A stretch of 64,000 bases of DNA from Candidatus Cloacimonadota bacterium (GTDB lineage Bacteria; Cloacimonadota; Cloacimonadia; Cloacimonadales; Cloacimonadaceae), in contig JAAYKA010000016.1 in NCBI GenBank assembly GCA_012522635.1, forward strand, positions 1,290 through 65,289. Direction: 5' to 3'. The notes below the pieces were generated by a model. That model had not been told where the DNA came from. It did not search any database and worked only from the letters and a program-made list of their open reading frames with translations. Positions 42,102 through 50,281 of this stretch are shown here, one piece after another (position 1 is the first letter of the stretch; every line of letters begins with the position of its first letter). Position numbers and translations under genes: made by a program.

Positions 42102-44093
42102 TTAACATTGAATATCCAGGTCCAGCCAAGGCTCAAAGCGTCGGAACCAATTTTCCAGGGCGAAAACGCCAAAGATGGTTTCGGCTTGGGAGGCTTGGCC
42201 GCTGAGAAAGTTTTGCCATTGGGTGTGGATTTGGGGAAGGTTCCAGATGCCCCGGCGGCGAAATTGTTGGGAGTAAAAAAGGTCGTTGACGGCGTCTTTC
42301 AGCTCGCGCCGAAGCCAAAGCTGTGCGAAGGGCGAACCGAACACGGCTTTGTCCTGGCGCGTGTAAATCGATGGGGGAACCAGGTCGCGCACAGCTTCTC
42401 GGTGAACGCGTTTTCCGCGGGCGTTTTGGATTTTGAAATCATTGGGAAGCGAAAAAGCGAACTCCACCAATTCATGATCCAAAAAAGGGAGCCTGTTTTC
42501 GAGGGAAGCTGCCATCGCCACGCGGTCTTCACTGTGTAAAAGACCAGGCAGGGAGGTGGTGAAAATTCCGTTGTGGAGGAAGACGTCGAGTTTTTTCCCC
42601 TTCGGGCTGATGAAGCGGCTTAGAATGGGCGAACCCAGGGAAAGCTTTGTCTGGCGGTGAAATTCAGGGTTGAAGGGGTCAAAACGCAGGAATCTGAATT
42701 CCAAGTCGTAGAGCCGTTTTTCATTCAAGGCTGTTGTAAGCAGGCTTTTGGCGAGTCCCATCATGTTTTTGGGAAAGCTCTGCCGGGACATGAAAGCCGC
42801 CACTTCCTTGCCCAGAGCGGGGTCGCGGCTCAAGAGCAGGTCTGCCAGCCAGCGATAAAGCGCGTGAGCGTAGCCCGCGGAAAGTTCATCGCTGCCCTGG
42901 CCGCCCAAGAGGATTTTAGTTCCCTGGCTGGCGGCGAGACGGGTCACGGCAAATTGGGCGGCAAAGCCTGAATTCAGCGGGGTTTCGCTGTGCCAGGTGG
43001 CTTCTCCGAACCAGTCCAAAGCCTCAAACGCGTTTGGGGAAACCAGGTGGGAAGCGCAGCCGCAGGCGGATGCCACTTCCGCAATCCAGCGGCGTTCATC
43101 AAGTTGGGGCAGGTCTTCAAAATAGGCGGAAAAAGCCTGTGGAGGTTCGGCGCAATGCTTTCCAACGAGGCAGGCGATGGCGGATGAATCCAAGCCTCCG
43201 CTCAGGCCGATGCCGGTATTCGCGTCCAGCGGGGTTTGGCGTTTCACGGCCTGGGTCAAAAGTTCGCGCCAGGTTTGGGTGGCTGCAGTGAAAGAAAGCC
43301 GGCTGGTTCCGAATTTGGCAGGATCAAGCCGATACCATTGACACAGGGACAGATGTCCTTTTCTGACCCACAACGATTGTCCCGGTTCCAGAGCGTGGAC
43401 ACATTTCCAAAAGGTCTGACCGCCATAAACTGACAGGGAGGGTATTTTCATCCACCTCAGTATCATCGGCCGGTTCAGGGTTTTATTCACCGGGCTCAAA
43501 AGCAGGGGTTTGATTTCACTGCCAAAATAGAGGATGCCAGCGTGGATGCAGAAATAAAGCGGTCTGACGCCAAACCTGTCTCTGGCGCAGAAAAGCCGGT
43601 TTTTGGCTTCATCCCAAATCGCCAGCGCCCAAAAGCCGTTCAAGCGCTTTAGACACTCTTCACCCCAGGCTTGGAAGGCTCTGAGAACCAGTTCGGCGTC
43701 GCTGTCACCTTCCAAGGTGAAGCCCAGTTTTTCCAGCTCCTTTTTCAGTTCCATCCGGTTGAAAATGCTGCCATCCATCACGATGCAAAGTTTTGCCTGG
43801 GGGTCGTAAAAAGGTTGGACATCGGGTTTTTGGTTTTCATGAACCAACATTTGCCGAAAGCCGAAACCGAGACGGGCAGGAAAAGCCTTGTCCAGAGAGG
43901 GGTTAGCGGATTTAAACCCAGCGGAGGAATCCTCTCCCGCAAAAAGCGCCGCGTCTTCAATAGCCTGCCCGGAAAGGAAATAGCCTTCCCCATCCGGTCC
44001 ACGGTGCGTGAGCAGGTTGTTCATTTCCCGCAGTAGCCGGATGTCGACGCCTTTGTTTTTTTCCAGGCAAAAGATACCGCTGATTCCACTCAT
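42102..44093 (-). CDS. asparagine synthase (glutamine-hydrolysing)-like protein with Ser in place of the N-terminal Cys nucleophile
   Basis: The start is set at MSGISGIF (ATG 44093-44091). The protein has a class-II amidotransferase-like N-domain (HRGPDGEG) and the synthetase PP-loop LSGGLDSSAIA. Confidence 0.8.
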   Translation of the reverse strand: MSGISGIFCLEKNKGVDIRLLREMNNLLTHRGPDGEGYFLSGQAIEDAALFAGEDSSAGFKSANPSLDKAFPARLGFGFRQMLVHENQKPDVQPFYDPQAKLCIVMDGSIFNRMELKKELEKLGFTLEGDSDAELVLRAFQAWGEECLKRLNGFWALAIWDEAKNRLFCARDRFGVRPLYFCIHAGILYFGSEIKPLLLSPVNKTLNRPMILRWMKIPSLSVYGGQTFWKCVHALEPGQSLWVRKGHLSLCQWYRLDPAKFGTSRLSFTAATQTWRELLTQAVKRQTPLDANTGIGLSGGLDSSAIACLVGKHCAEPPQAFSAYFEDLPQLDERRWIAEVASACGCASHLVSPNAFEALDWFGEATWHSETPLNSGFAAQFAVTRLAASQGTKILLGGQGSDELSAGYAHALYRWLADLLLSRDPALGKEVAAFMSRQSFPKNMMGLAKSLLTTALNEKRLYDLEFRFLRFDPFNPEFHRQTKLSLGSPILSRFISPKGKKLDVFLHNGIFTTSLPGLLHSEDRVAMAASLENRLPFLDHELVEFAFSLPNDFKIQNARGKRVHREAVRDLVPPSIYTRQDKAVFGSPFAQLWLRRELKDAVNDLFYSQQFRRRGIWNLPQIHTQWQNFLSGQASQAETIFGVFALENWFRRFEPWLDLDIQC

Positions 44094-44171
44094 AATAAAA
44101 AACAGATATCTGAACCGCAGTTTGAGGTCAAGTGATTTTTTGTGCAATATGGGGCAAAATCCAGAAAATGA

Positions 44172-44199
44172 TTGACAATAAAGCAGCCCGAGATAGTTT
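44172..44199 (+). promoter_or_regulatory. putative promoter of the cyclophilin gene
   Basis: TTGACA (44172-44177), a 16-nt spacer, then TAGTTT (44194-44199). A GAGGTGA SD lies before the ATG at 44272. Confidence 0.3.
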
Positions 44200-44271
44200 C
44201 GCCAAGGTTCGGGCGCGGCGGCTGTCTTCTGCCACGAAGCCCGAAAAAGCCTTTCAAAATGAGGTGAAAAA

Positions 44272-45339
44272 ATGAAACGCGTTTCTTTGTTTATAATTTT
44301 GGCGCTGTGCGCTCTGGGAAGCTTGGGCGCTCTGCATTTTGCCCAATGGGAAACTTCCCTGGGAAACTTTGTGGCGGAGATTTATGATCAATGGGTGCCC
44401 ATCACCGCGAACAACTTCATTTCGCTGACGAACAGCGGTTTTTACAACGACCTGATTTTCCATCGCGTGGTGGCGGGTTTTGTGATTCAGGATGGATGTC
44501 CGCAGGGAACTGGCTACGGTGGTCCGGGCTACACCATCCCGGATGAATTTCACCCCAATCTCTTTCACAATCAAGCTGGAATTCTGGCAATGGCGCGCAC
44601 TTCGGCGCCAAACTCGGCTGGTTCGCAATATTACATCACGCTGGCTCCAACCCCGAATTTGAATGGGAATTATGCCGTTTTTGGCAAGGTGATTGAAGGT
44701 TTGGACACGGTTTTGGCGATTGGACAGGTGCCCGTGGACGCGAACGACCGTCCTCTCACGCCGGTTAACATCCACACTTTGCGGATGCTTGATCTCGCCA
44801 TTTTCGACGTCACTCCATCAGATTCAACTGCATTTCACATCGGCGTGGATGAAGAGCTGATGTTTGTAATCGAGATGGGAAGCGGCTTGCTGACGGATTT
44901 CGTTTGGAAAGTGGATGGAGTGGAAAGCCCCGGCATGGATTTCATCTTTGAAACCTCATTTCCCAACCCCGGAACCCACAGCGTTTCCTGCCTCATTTCC
45001 AATGCCGACATCAGCCACGAAATCGTCTGGGAAATCATTGTGGAAGGAAGCTCCAGCGGGGAAAACCTGATTCCGGTGAGCGATTTGCGGATTTGGCCAC
45101 AGCCTCTGCGGGAGGGGGTGAAAATCGGGCTCGGCTCCGCTGACGCGGATGAATATCGCGTGGCGGTTCACGACCTCAAGGGCAGGCTGCTGTTTCAGCT
45201 TCCCGGCAGCCTGAAACATGGCTCACATATATATTGGGATGGTCGCGACCCTCAGGGAAAACGCCTGCCAGCGGGTCTATATTTCATCCGTGCCGCTTCT
45301 GGAAGGCAAAGCCAGGTCAAGCGCTGCCTCATCTTGTGA
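44272..45339 (+). CDS. secreted cyclophilin-type peptidyl-prolyl isomerase with Ig-like domain and T9SS-type C-terminal domain
   Basis: 355 aa with a signal peptide, FHRVVAGFVIQDGCPQGTGYGGPGYTIPDEF ... SQYYITL, and a C-terminus LRIWPQPL...VAVHDLKGRLL...IYWDGRDPQGKRLPAGLYFIRA. Confidence 0.85.
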   Translation: MKRVSLFIILALCALGSLGALHFAQWETSLGNFVAEIYDQWVPITANNFISLTNSGFYNDLIFHRVVAGFVIQDGCPQGTGYGGPGYTIPDEFHPNLFHNQAGILAMARTSAPNSAGSQYYITLAPTPNLNGNYAVFGKVIEGLDTVLAIGQVPVDANDRPLTPVNIHTLRMLDLAIFDVTPSDSTAFHIGVDEELMFVIEMGSGLLTDFVWKVDGVESPGMDFIFETSFPNPGTHSVSCLISNADISHEIVWEIIVEGSSSGENLIPVSDLRIWPQPLREGVKIGLGSADADEYRVAVHDLKGRLLFQLPGSLKHGSHIYWDGRDPQGKRLPAGLYFIRAASGRQSQVKRCLIL

Positions 45340-45352
45340 GCGCGATGGCGTT

Positions 45353-47563
45353 TTAAAGCCCCAAGTCTTTATGCGCGACCAGTTTCAGGAGCCTGCCTTC
45401 TCCGGCGGGAAGCAGAATCTGAACCTGGTTGTTTTGGATGGGGTAGAGGGTTTGCTCGTAAATGTCGTAAAGCGCTTGGTTTTTTCCCCAGTTCGCCAGT
45501 TTTTTCTTATCGAAATTGATGACCAGGATTTGCGGTTCCGCCTCAGGAAAGCAGAGCTCAAAATCTGAAGGCGGAACAAAACGCGGTTCATTGGCAACAA
45601 GCGGCTTAAAATAATTAGCCCGCCGGTTCACCAACATGAACCAGGGAGTTCCGCCCCCGTCCTGATACCAGGCGCACTGAACGTAGCCTTCATAATCCCC
45701 ATTGCCGCGTTTTTGCACCTGTGCGCTTTTGGTCAAACTCTGTTTGTGCCACTTTTTCCCCTGTGATTTCGCGGTGCCAATCACCTCGGTGCCCAGCCAG
45801 GAGAGGTTTTTCAAAGCTTTGCCATATTCCAAAACCCGAGGATTGCTTTCAAACACGGCAGGCCATGAGATTGGGTCTTCAACCGGGTCCGGATAACTTT
45901 TAGCGCCCACTTGGGAGAAGGTGGCAGCCCGGTTTCCATGGCCCTGCTCGTTTTGAAATTCACGCAGACGGTAATGGAAAATTCCATCCGGCGCGAAACA
46001 GAGGGGCAGATACAGCAACACTTTTTGGGTGGCTGTGGGCGGCTGAATCCAGCTTTGCCATTGGTCTCCCTCCGCGTTTTGCGTCCAGGAGCCCAAAACC
46101 TGAACGATGGGGATGAAGCCGCGTCCCTGCGCGCCATCCCGGTATTCCATGCTTTTTCGGTAGATGGTAATCAATTTTTCATCGAGCAGATTTTGGATGA
46201 AAGGTCCGGGATTGCCATCACGCGGGCTCCATTTCAGGTTGGGCGAAAGCGGATAGATGTTCGGCGTGATGATTTCCGGCTCGGCGTTTTTATAGAAAGC
46301 CTCCACATTATCATAGTAAACCCCGCTTTTTTCGTTGATGGGATATTGCTGGTAAAGATAATCGTAAACCGCTGCGATAACGGGGATTCCCTGCTTTTTT
46401 GCCTCCTGTTGAACCAGATTGCGTCCCGCGAATTGACCCGCCCGGGGTTCATCCATCAGATAAAATCCGCTCAAATTCCCCGGGGCGCGTTTCTGAAGTT
46501 CATTCATTCTTTTACCCAAAGCTGCGCTCAAGCCGGAAGCGGTTTCAGGGCGCAAATCGTGATGAATTTGGTCTTCAACGCTCACCCAATCCACCTCCAC
46601 GTCACAATTTCCATACCACCAAATTCTTGGGTTCAGGTTCACCAGGCGCGCCATTCCCTTGGGGTCGTTGGAAACCCCTGTTTTCAGCAAATTCGCTTCC
46701 AGAAGCGCTGCATAGGGAACCTGCAGCTCCAGCTCGATAAAATCCCCGCTTTTGGAAAGCAGATGGTCGTTCAGGTTAAAATATGTGACAGTTTGCCTGC
46801 GTCCCTGGAAAAGGTGGGTCAAAACCCTCACCTGAGAGGAATGGCCATTAGCGCTGTATTCATATCCGCAGAGGCTGAAATTCAAGAGTGGCGCGTCAGC
46901 GGACAGGTTTTTTTGAGTGTCGAGGATTCTGAGGCGAAATTTAATATAAAGCTGGCCATCGGGGTTTTGCGAATCATGAATCAGAAATTCCTTGCCCAGC
47001 CGAACGTAGGCGCCGCCTTGATTTGGCCAGCGATAACGGAGGTCGGTGAAAATCCAGCCCTGGCTGTCACGTCCCTTGTTTGCCTGCCAAACCCAGCCGT
47101 TCGAGGCTTCCAACAATCTTTTTGGCCTTCCCACGCGTGCCATATTTTTGTCGGAACGGGAGGCATACCAAAAGCCGCTGTCCCAGCCGTCACCGGGGTT
47201 CAATTCACTCTCACCGGCATATTCGGCTTCAAAGCGGATATGATTGGCGGTGGAAAGCGCGTAGCTGGCGTTGCGGGTGGCGGAATCCCAGGTTTTATCG
47301 CTAATCCAGACATCCAGACCCCAGGCGTCCATTTCCTGCATCAACGTGTCGAAATCTGCATTGTCCACGTGGGTTTCCGCGATATTGGAATTATAGCCCA
47401 ACTCCCTCATTTTATGATACATGGCTTCCCGTTCCCAGGGCTTTCCGCTGTTCGAAATATAGGAATAGGTGCCCAGGATAAAATCGTCGGAATGTTTGGC
47501 GAAAACCGGCGCCCAAATCAGCATCGCCGTCACAATCATCAAGAAAATGGCTGTCTTTTTCAT
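45353..47563 (-). CDS. secreted 736-aa protein, possibly a glycoside-hydrolase-like TIM barrel (weak)
   Basis: It has a clear signal peptide (MKKTAIFLMIVTAMLIWAPVFA) and an AAGGAGAA SD. FYLMDEP resembles the acid/base strand of clan GH-A enzymes. No firm family assignment. Confidence 0.55.
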   Translation of the reverse strand: MKKTAIFLMIVTAMLIWAPVFAKHSDDFILGTYSYISNSGKPWEREAMYHKMRELGYNSNIAETHVDNADFDTLMQEMDAWGLDVWISDKTWDSATRNASYALSTANHIRFEAEYAGESELNPGDGWDSGFWYASRSDKNMARVGRPKRLLEASNGWVWQANKGRDSQGWIFTDLRYRWPNQGGAYVRLGKEFLIHDSQNPDGQLYIKFRLRILDTQKNLSADAPLLNFSLCGYEYSANGHSSQVRVLTHLFQGRRQTVTYFNLNDHLLSKSGDFIELELQVPYAALLEANLLKTGVSNDPKGMARLVNLNPRIWWYGNCDVEVDWVSVEDQIHHDLRPETASGLSAALGKRMNELQKRAPGNLSGFYLMDEPRAGQFAGRNLVQQEAKKQGIPVIAAVYDYLYQQYPINEKSGVYYDNVEAFYKNAEPEIITPNIYPLSPNLKWSPRDGNPGPFIQNLLDEKLITIYRKSMEYRDGAQGRGFIPIVQVLGSWTQNAEGDQWQSWIQPPTATQKVLLYLPLCFAPDGIFHYRLREFQNEQGHGNRAATFSQVGAKSYPDPVEDPISWPAVFESNPRVLEYGKALKNLSWLGTEVIGTAKSQGKKWHKQSLTKSAQVQKRGNGDYEGYVQCAWYQDGGGTPWFMLVNRRANYFKPLVANEPRFVPPSDFELCFPEAEPQILVINFDKKKLANWGKNQALYDIYEQTLYPIQNNQVQILLPAGEGRLLKLVAHKDLGL

Positions 47564-47827
47564 GATATTCTCCTTGGAAAAACTGGATTGAAATCAGTTT
47601 GGCGGGGCTTGTTTTGGCGTCAAGTAGTTTGTGGTTTCGGGAGGCGAACAATCGCTTGATTAACGCCTCCATCCAAGAGCCGGGAAATCAAGGCTGGGCT
47701 TTCATCTGAAAAAACCGAAAATATATCTTGACAATTTGGCACTGTTCACCAAACATATATTCACAAATAAAATTTTGGCGGCGTTTCGCGCTCAAGGAGG
47801 CGTCGTCATGTGTTTAGGGAGTGAAAA

Positions 47828-48706
47828 ATGAAACGCTTGGCATTATTTTCAATCCTTCTACTGACCGCGCTCACGGCTGGGGCGGGGATTTCAGATTATC
47901 TTTTGCAAACAGGGATGAAAGCGGCGCTTTACACCAGTGCGATTTGTGAATTTGGCTGGGAATTTGATGGCAGTGCCAGTTTTTATGGCGCTCTTTTGGA
48001 AGAAGGGGAATCCGTTTCCAGCAGCCGTTGGTTCGAACGCGGAACAAAATATAACATCTGGGCATATGGGGATGACGACGCCATCGATTTGGACATCCGG
48101 GTGGTGGATGAAGACGGAAAAGTGGTTGCCAAAGACTTGGAAAGCGACGCGGCCCCAAATTGCGATTTCCGCCCCAAAAGCTCAGGTTCTTACACGGTAA
48201 CCATCACGAATCATAGCTCTTACAACGACGTTTTCGTGTTTTGGGGAGTGATGAACGATGCCTCCAGTCCCTACATCAGCAGCGGAGAAAAATGTGTGGA
48301 CGCGCTGGACAAAATGGTGGAATTTTTCAGCGTTTTAGACGATAATGACGGTGAATATCGGTTTTTCCCGAATCAAACCTTCCTCATTGGCGGAATCATG
48401 GAAGAAGATGAAAGCCAGTGCTTTTTCAATTACAGAGCGCCCATCGATACCTATTGCTATTTTATTGGCTTCGGAAGCGACGAGGTAAAAGATTTTGACA
48501 TCAAGCTCACCGAACAGTGGGATGTGGATTTGGTTGATCCCGATTATGAGGCGGACGACTATCAAATGATTGGAGAAGACAGCGATTATGGCGCCGTTGC
48601 CACCATGAACTGCTACCTGGAAGCCTCGGAGTATTACGCCCTCAAATATATGGTTTACAGCTCCCAGGGCAGCGGATTCGTCTTTACGCTCATCCTGGCG
48701 GAATAA
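47828..48706 (+). CDS. secreted hypothetical protein
   Basis: 292 aa, acidic, with a signal peptide (MKRLALFSILLLTALTAGAG). No recognisable motif. Confidence 0.55.
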   Translation: MKRLALFSILLLTALTAGAGISDYLLQTGMKAALYTSAICEFGWEFDGSASFYGALLEEGESVSSSRWFERGTKYNIWAYGDDDAIDLDIRVVDEDGKVVAKDLESDAAPNCDFRPKSSGSYTVTITNHSSYNDVFVFWGVMNDASSPYISSGEKCVDALDKMVEFFSVLDDNDGEYRFFPNQTFLIGGIMEEDESQCFFNYRAPIDTYCYFIGFGSDEVKDFDIKLTEQWDVDLVDPDYEADDYQMIGEDSDYGAVATMNCYLEASEYYALKYMVYSSQGSGFVFTLILAE

Positions 48707-48784
48707 CTGGAACAACTATTGCAGAAAGATTATCGCCTCTTAAAACGCGTCTGAGACGCCTTAAAAGGGAAACCCGGAGGTCGT

Positions 48785-49090
48785 CACCACCCATACCCAG
48801 ACCTGCCCGTCATTCCGAGCGGAACGAGGAATCCAGCCCTTGGAGGAACACCGGAGTCATCCGGTCGGGGGTGCCAGATTCATCTGGCACAGTGTTCTTC
48901 CACCCAGACTCCGCCCACTACCACCCAAACCCTGAGCTTGGAGGAACACCGGATTCATCTGGCACAATGAATTAAACGATGTTTTTGTCGTTCATTCTTC
49001 ACCGGATAAATCCGGCAGTCCAAACCGGTTAAAACCGGTGTTCCGACGAGTTGGGATGACGCGTCGGGTTCGGGGATTTCAGCTTGAAGG
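48785..49090. repeat. modular hairpin repeats (locus C)
   Basis: Contains CCGTCATTCCGAGCGGAACGAGGAATCCAG, CACCGGAGTCATCCGGTC, GTGCCAGATTCATCTGGCAC (48871-48890), CCGCCCACTACCACCCAAACCC, CACCGGATAAATCCGGCAG, ACCGGTTAAAACCGGTGTTCC and GATGACGCGTCGGG. Confidence 0.85.
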
Positions 49091-49324
49091 GCTTTGTAAG
49101 GTTGTATTGTTTTAAGGTTTTGAGTCATCGTGTTCCGCGCTGAATTGCTTAAATCCCTAAAGATTGTTGGCGGGAATGTTATTTGGATATATAATATTGT
49201 TTTGTGAGCGCGAATCGTGTTAGGGGCGTTTCGGGTTTTGGCTCAGGAAAAATACTTGACGCCAGAGCGACATTCAAAAGAAGCGTATACTGTATGATTT
49301 TAATTTAAAAATTAGAGGTTAGTA

Positions 49325-50281
49325 ATGAAATACGATGTGATGATAATTGGCGGAGGACCCGCTGGATTGAGCGCTGCGATTTACGCCGCACGTGGCGGTC
49401 TTAAAACTGGTTTGTTTGAAAAAGGTATCATTGGCGGGCAAATCACAGTCACAAATGAAGTGGAAAACTATCCCGGTTTTCCCCAACCTCTTTCGGGGTT
49501 TGAGCTTACCGAAATGATGAGGCAACAGGCTGAAATATACAAGGCCCAATTCATCGATGAGGAAGTGACCGCCATCGGAATGGAAGGGATGTGTAAAGTG
49601 ATTGAAACACCGGAAAACACCTACCGCGCCAAAAGCTTAATCATCTGCACGGGAGCGCATCCACGCCTGTTGAATGTCCCTGGTGAAGAGCGTTTCACCG
49701 GAAGGGGCGTATCCTATTGCGCCACATGTGACGGAGCGCTTTATCGCAACAAGGTCGTGGCAGTGGTTGGTGGGGGTGATTCCGCTGTGGAAGAAGCCCT
49801 GTTTCTGACCCGTTTTGCCAAAAAAGTGTATATCATTCATCGCCGAGACGAGCTTCGCGCTCAAAAAATCATCCAGGAACGCGCCATCAAAAATCCAAAG
49901 ATAGAGATTGTTTGGGATACTGTGGTTCAAAAAATTCACGGTGACGAACTGATGGAAAAACTGGAGGTTTATAACCGCCGCACCGAAAAGGTTTCTTTCA
50001 TCGAGGTGGACGGGGTTTTCATCTATGTGGGAATCCTGCCGAACAACGAGCTCCTGGAATCCAGACTGGAACTGGATAGCGGTGGTTTTGTTCTGACCAA
50101 CGAAAATATGCACACCAACGTTCCGGGAATTTACGCCGCGGGCGACATTCGCCACACACCTCTGCGCCAGGTTATTACAGCCGCCAGCGATGGAGCCGTG
50201 GCTGCCTACAGCGCCGAGAAATGGATTTTGGAAAATTATGATGAAGTGGAAGGGATTGGAGACGACGAAAGTGCTGAGTAG
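49325..50281 (+). CDS. trxB: thioredoxin-disulfide reductase
   Basis: 318 aa with GGGPAGLSAAIYAARG, redox-active CATCDG and GGGDSAVEEA. Confidence 0.9.
   Translation: MKYDVMIIGGGPAGLSAAIYAARGGLKTGLFEKGIIGGQITVTNEVENYPGFPQPLSGFELTEMMRQQAEIYKAQFIDEEVTAIGMEGMCKVIETPENTYRAKSLIICTGAHPRLLNVPGEERFTGRGVSYCATCDGALYRNKVVAVVGGGDSAVEEALFLTRFAKKVYIIHRRDELRAQKIIQERAIKNPKIEIVWDTVVQKIHGDELMEKLEVYNRRTEKVSFIEVDGVFIYVGILPNNELLESRLELDSGGFVLTNENMHTNVPGIYAAGDIRHTPLRQVITAASDGAVAAYSAEKWILENYDEVEGIGDDESAE

Noticed and set aside
45911-47659. 582-aa plus-strand ORF.
   Set aside because: It is exactly antisense to the 736-aa minus-strand gene, which has an SD and a clean signal peptide. The plus-strand product is low-complexity (runs of G/R/P/I), has no SD and has no start context. 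The same reasoning rejects the other long mirror ORFs: 31074..32960, 26642..27442, 59886..60743, 58610..59455, 19497..20339, 21273..21968, 22011..22643, 50346..51122, 4820..5449, 49637..50305 and 57828..58391.
47728-47756. TTGACA box upstream of the 47828 gene as a promoter. Similar TTGACA/TTGACG boxes occur at 25748, 49256 and 59830.
   Set aside because: No acceptable -10 hexamer lies at 16-19 nt spacing in these cases, so I did not call them.
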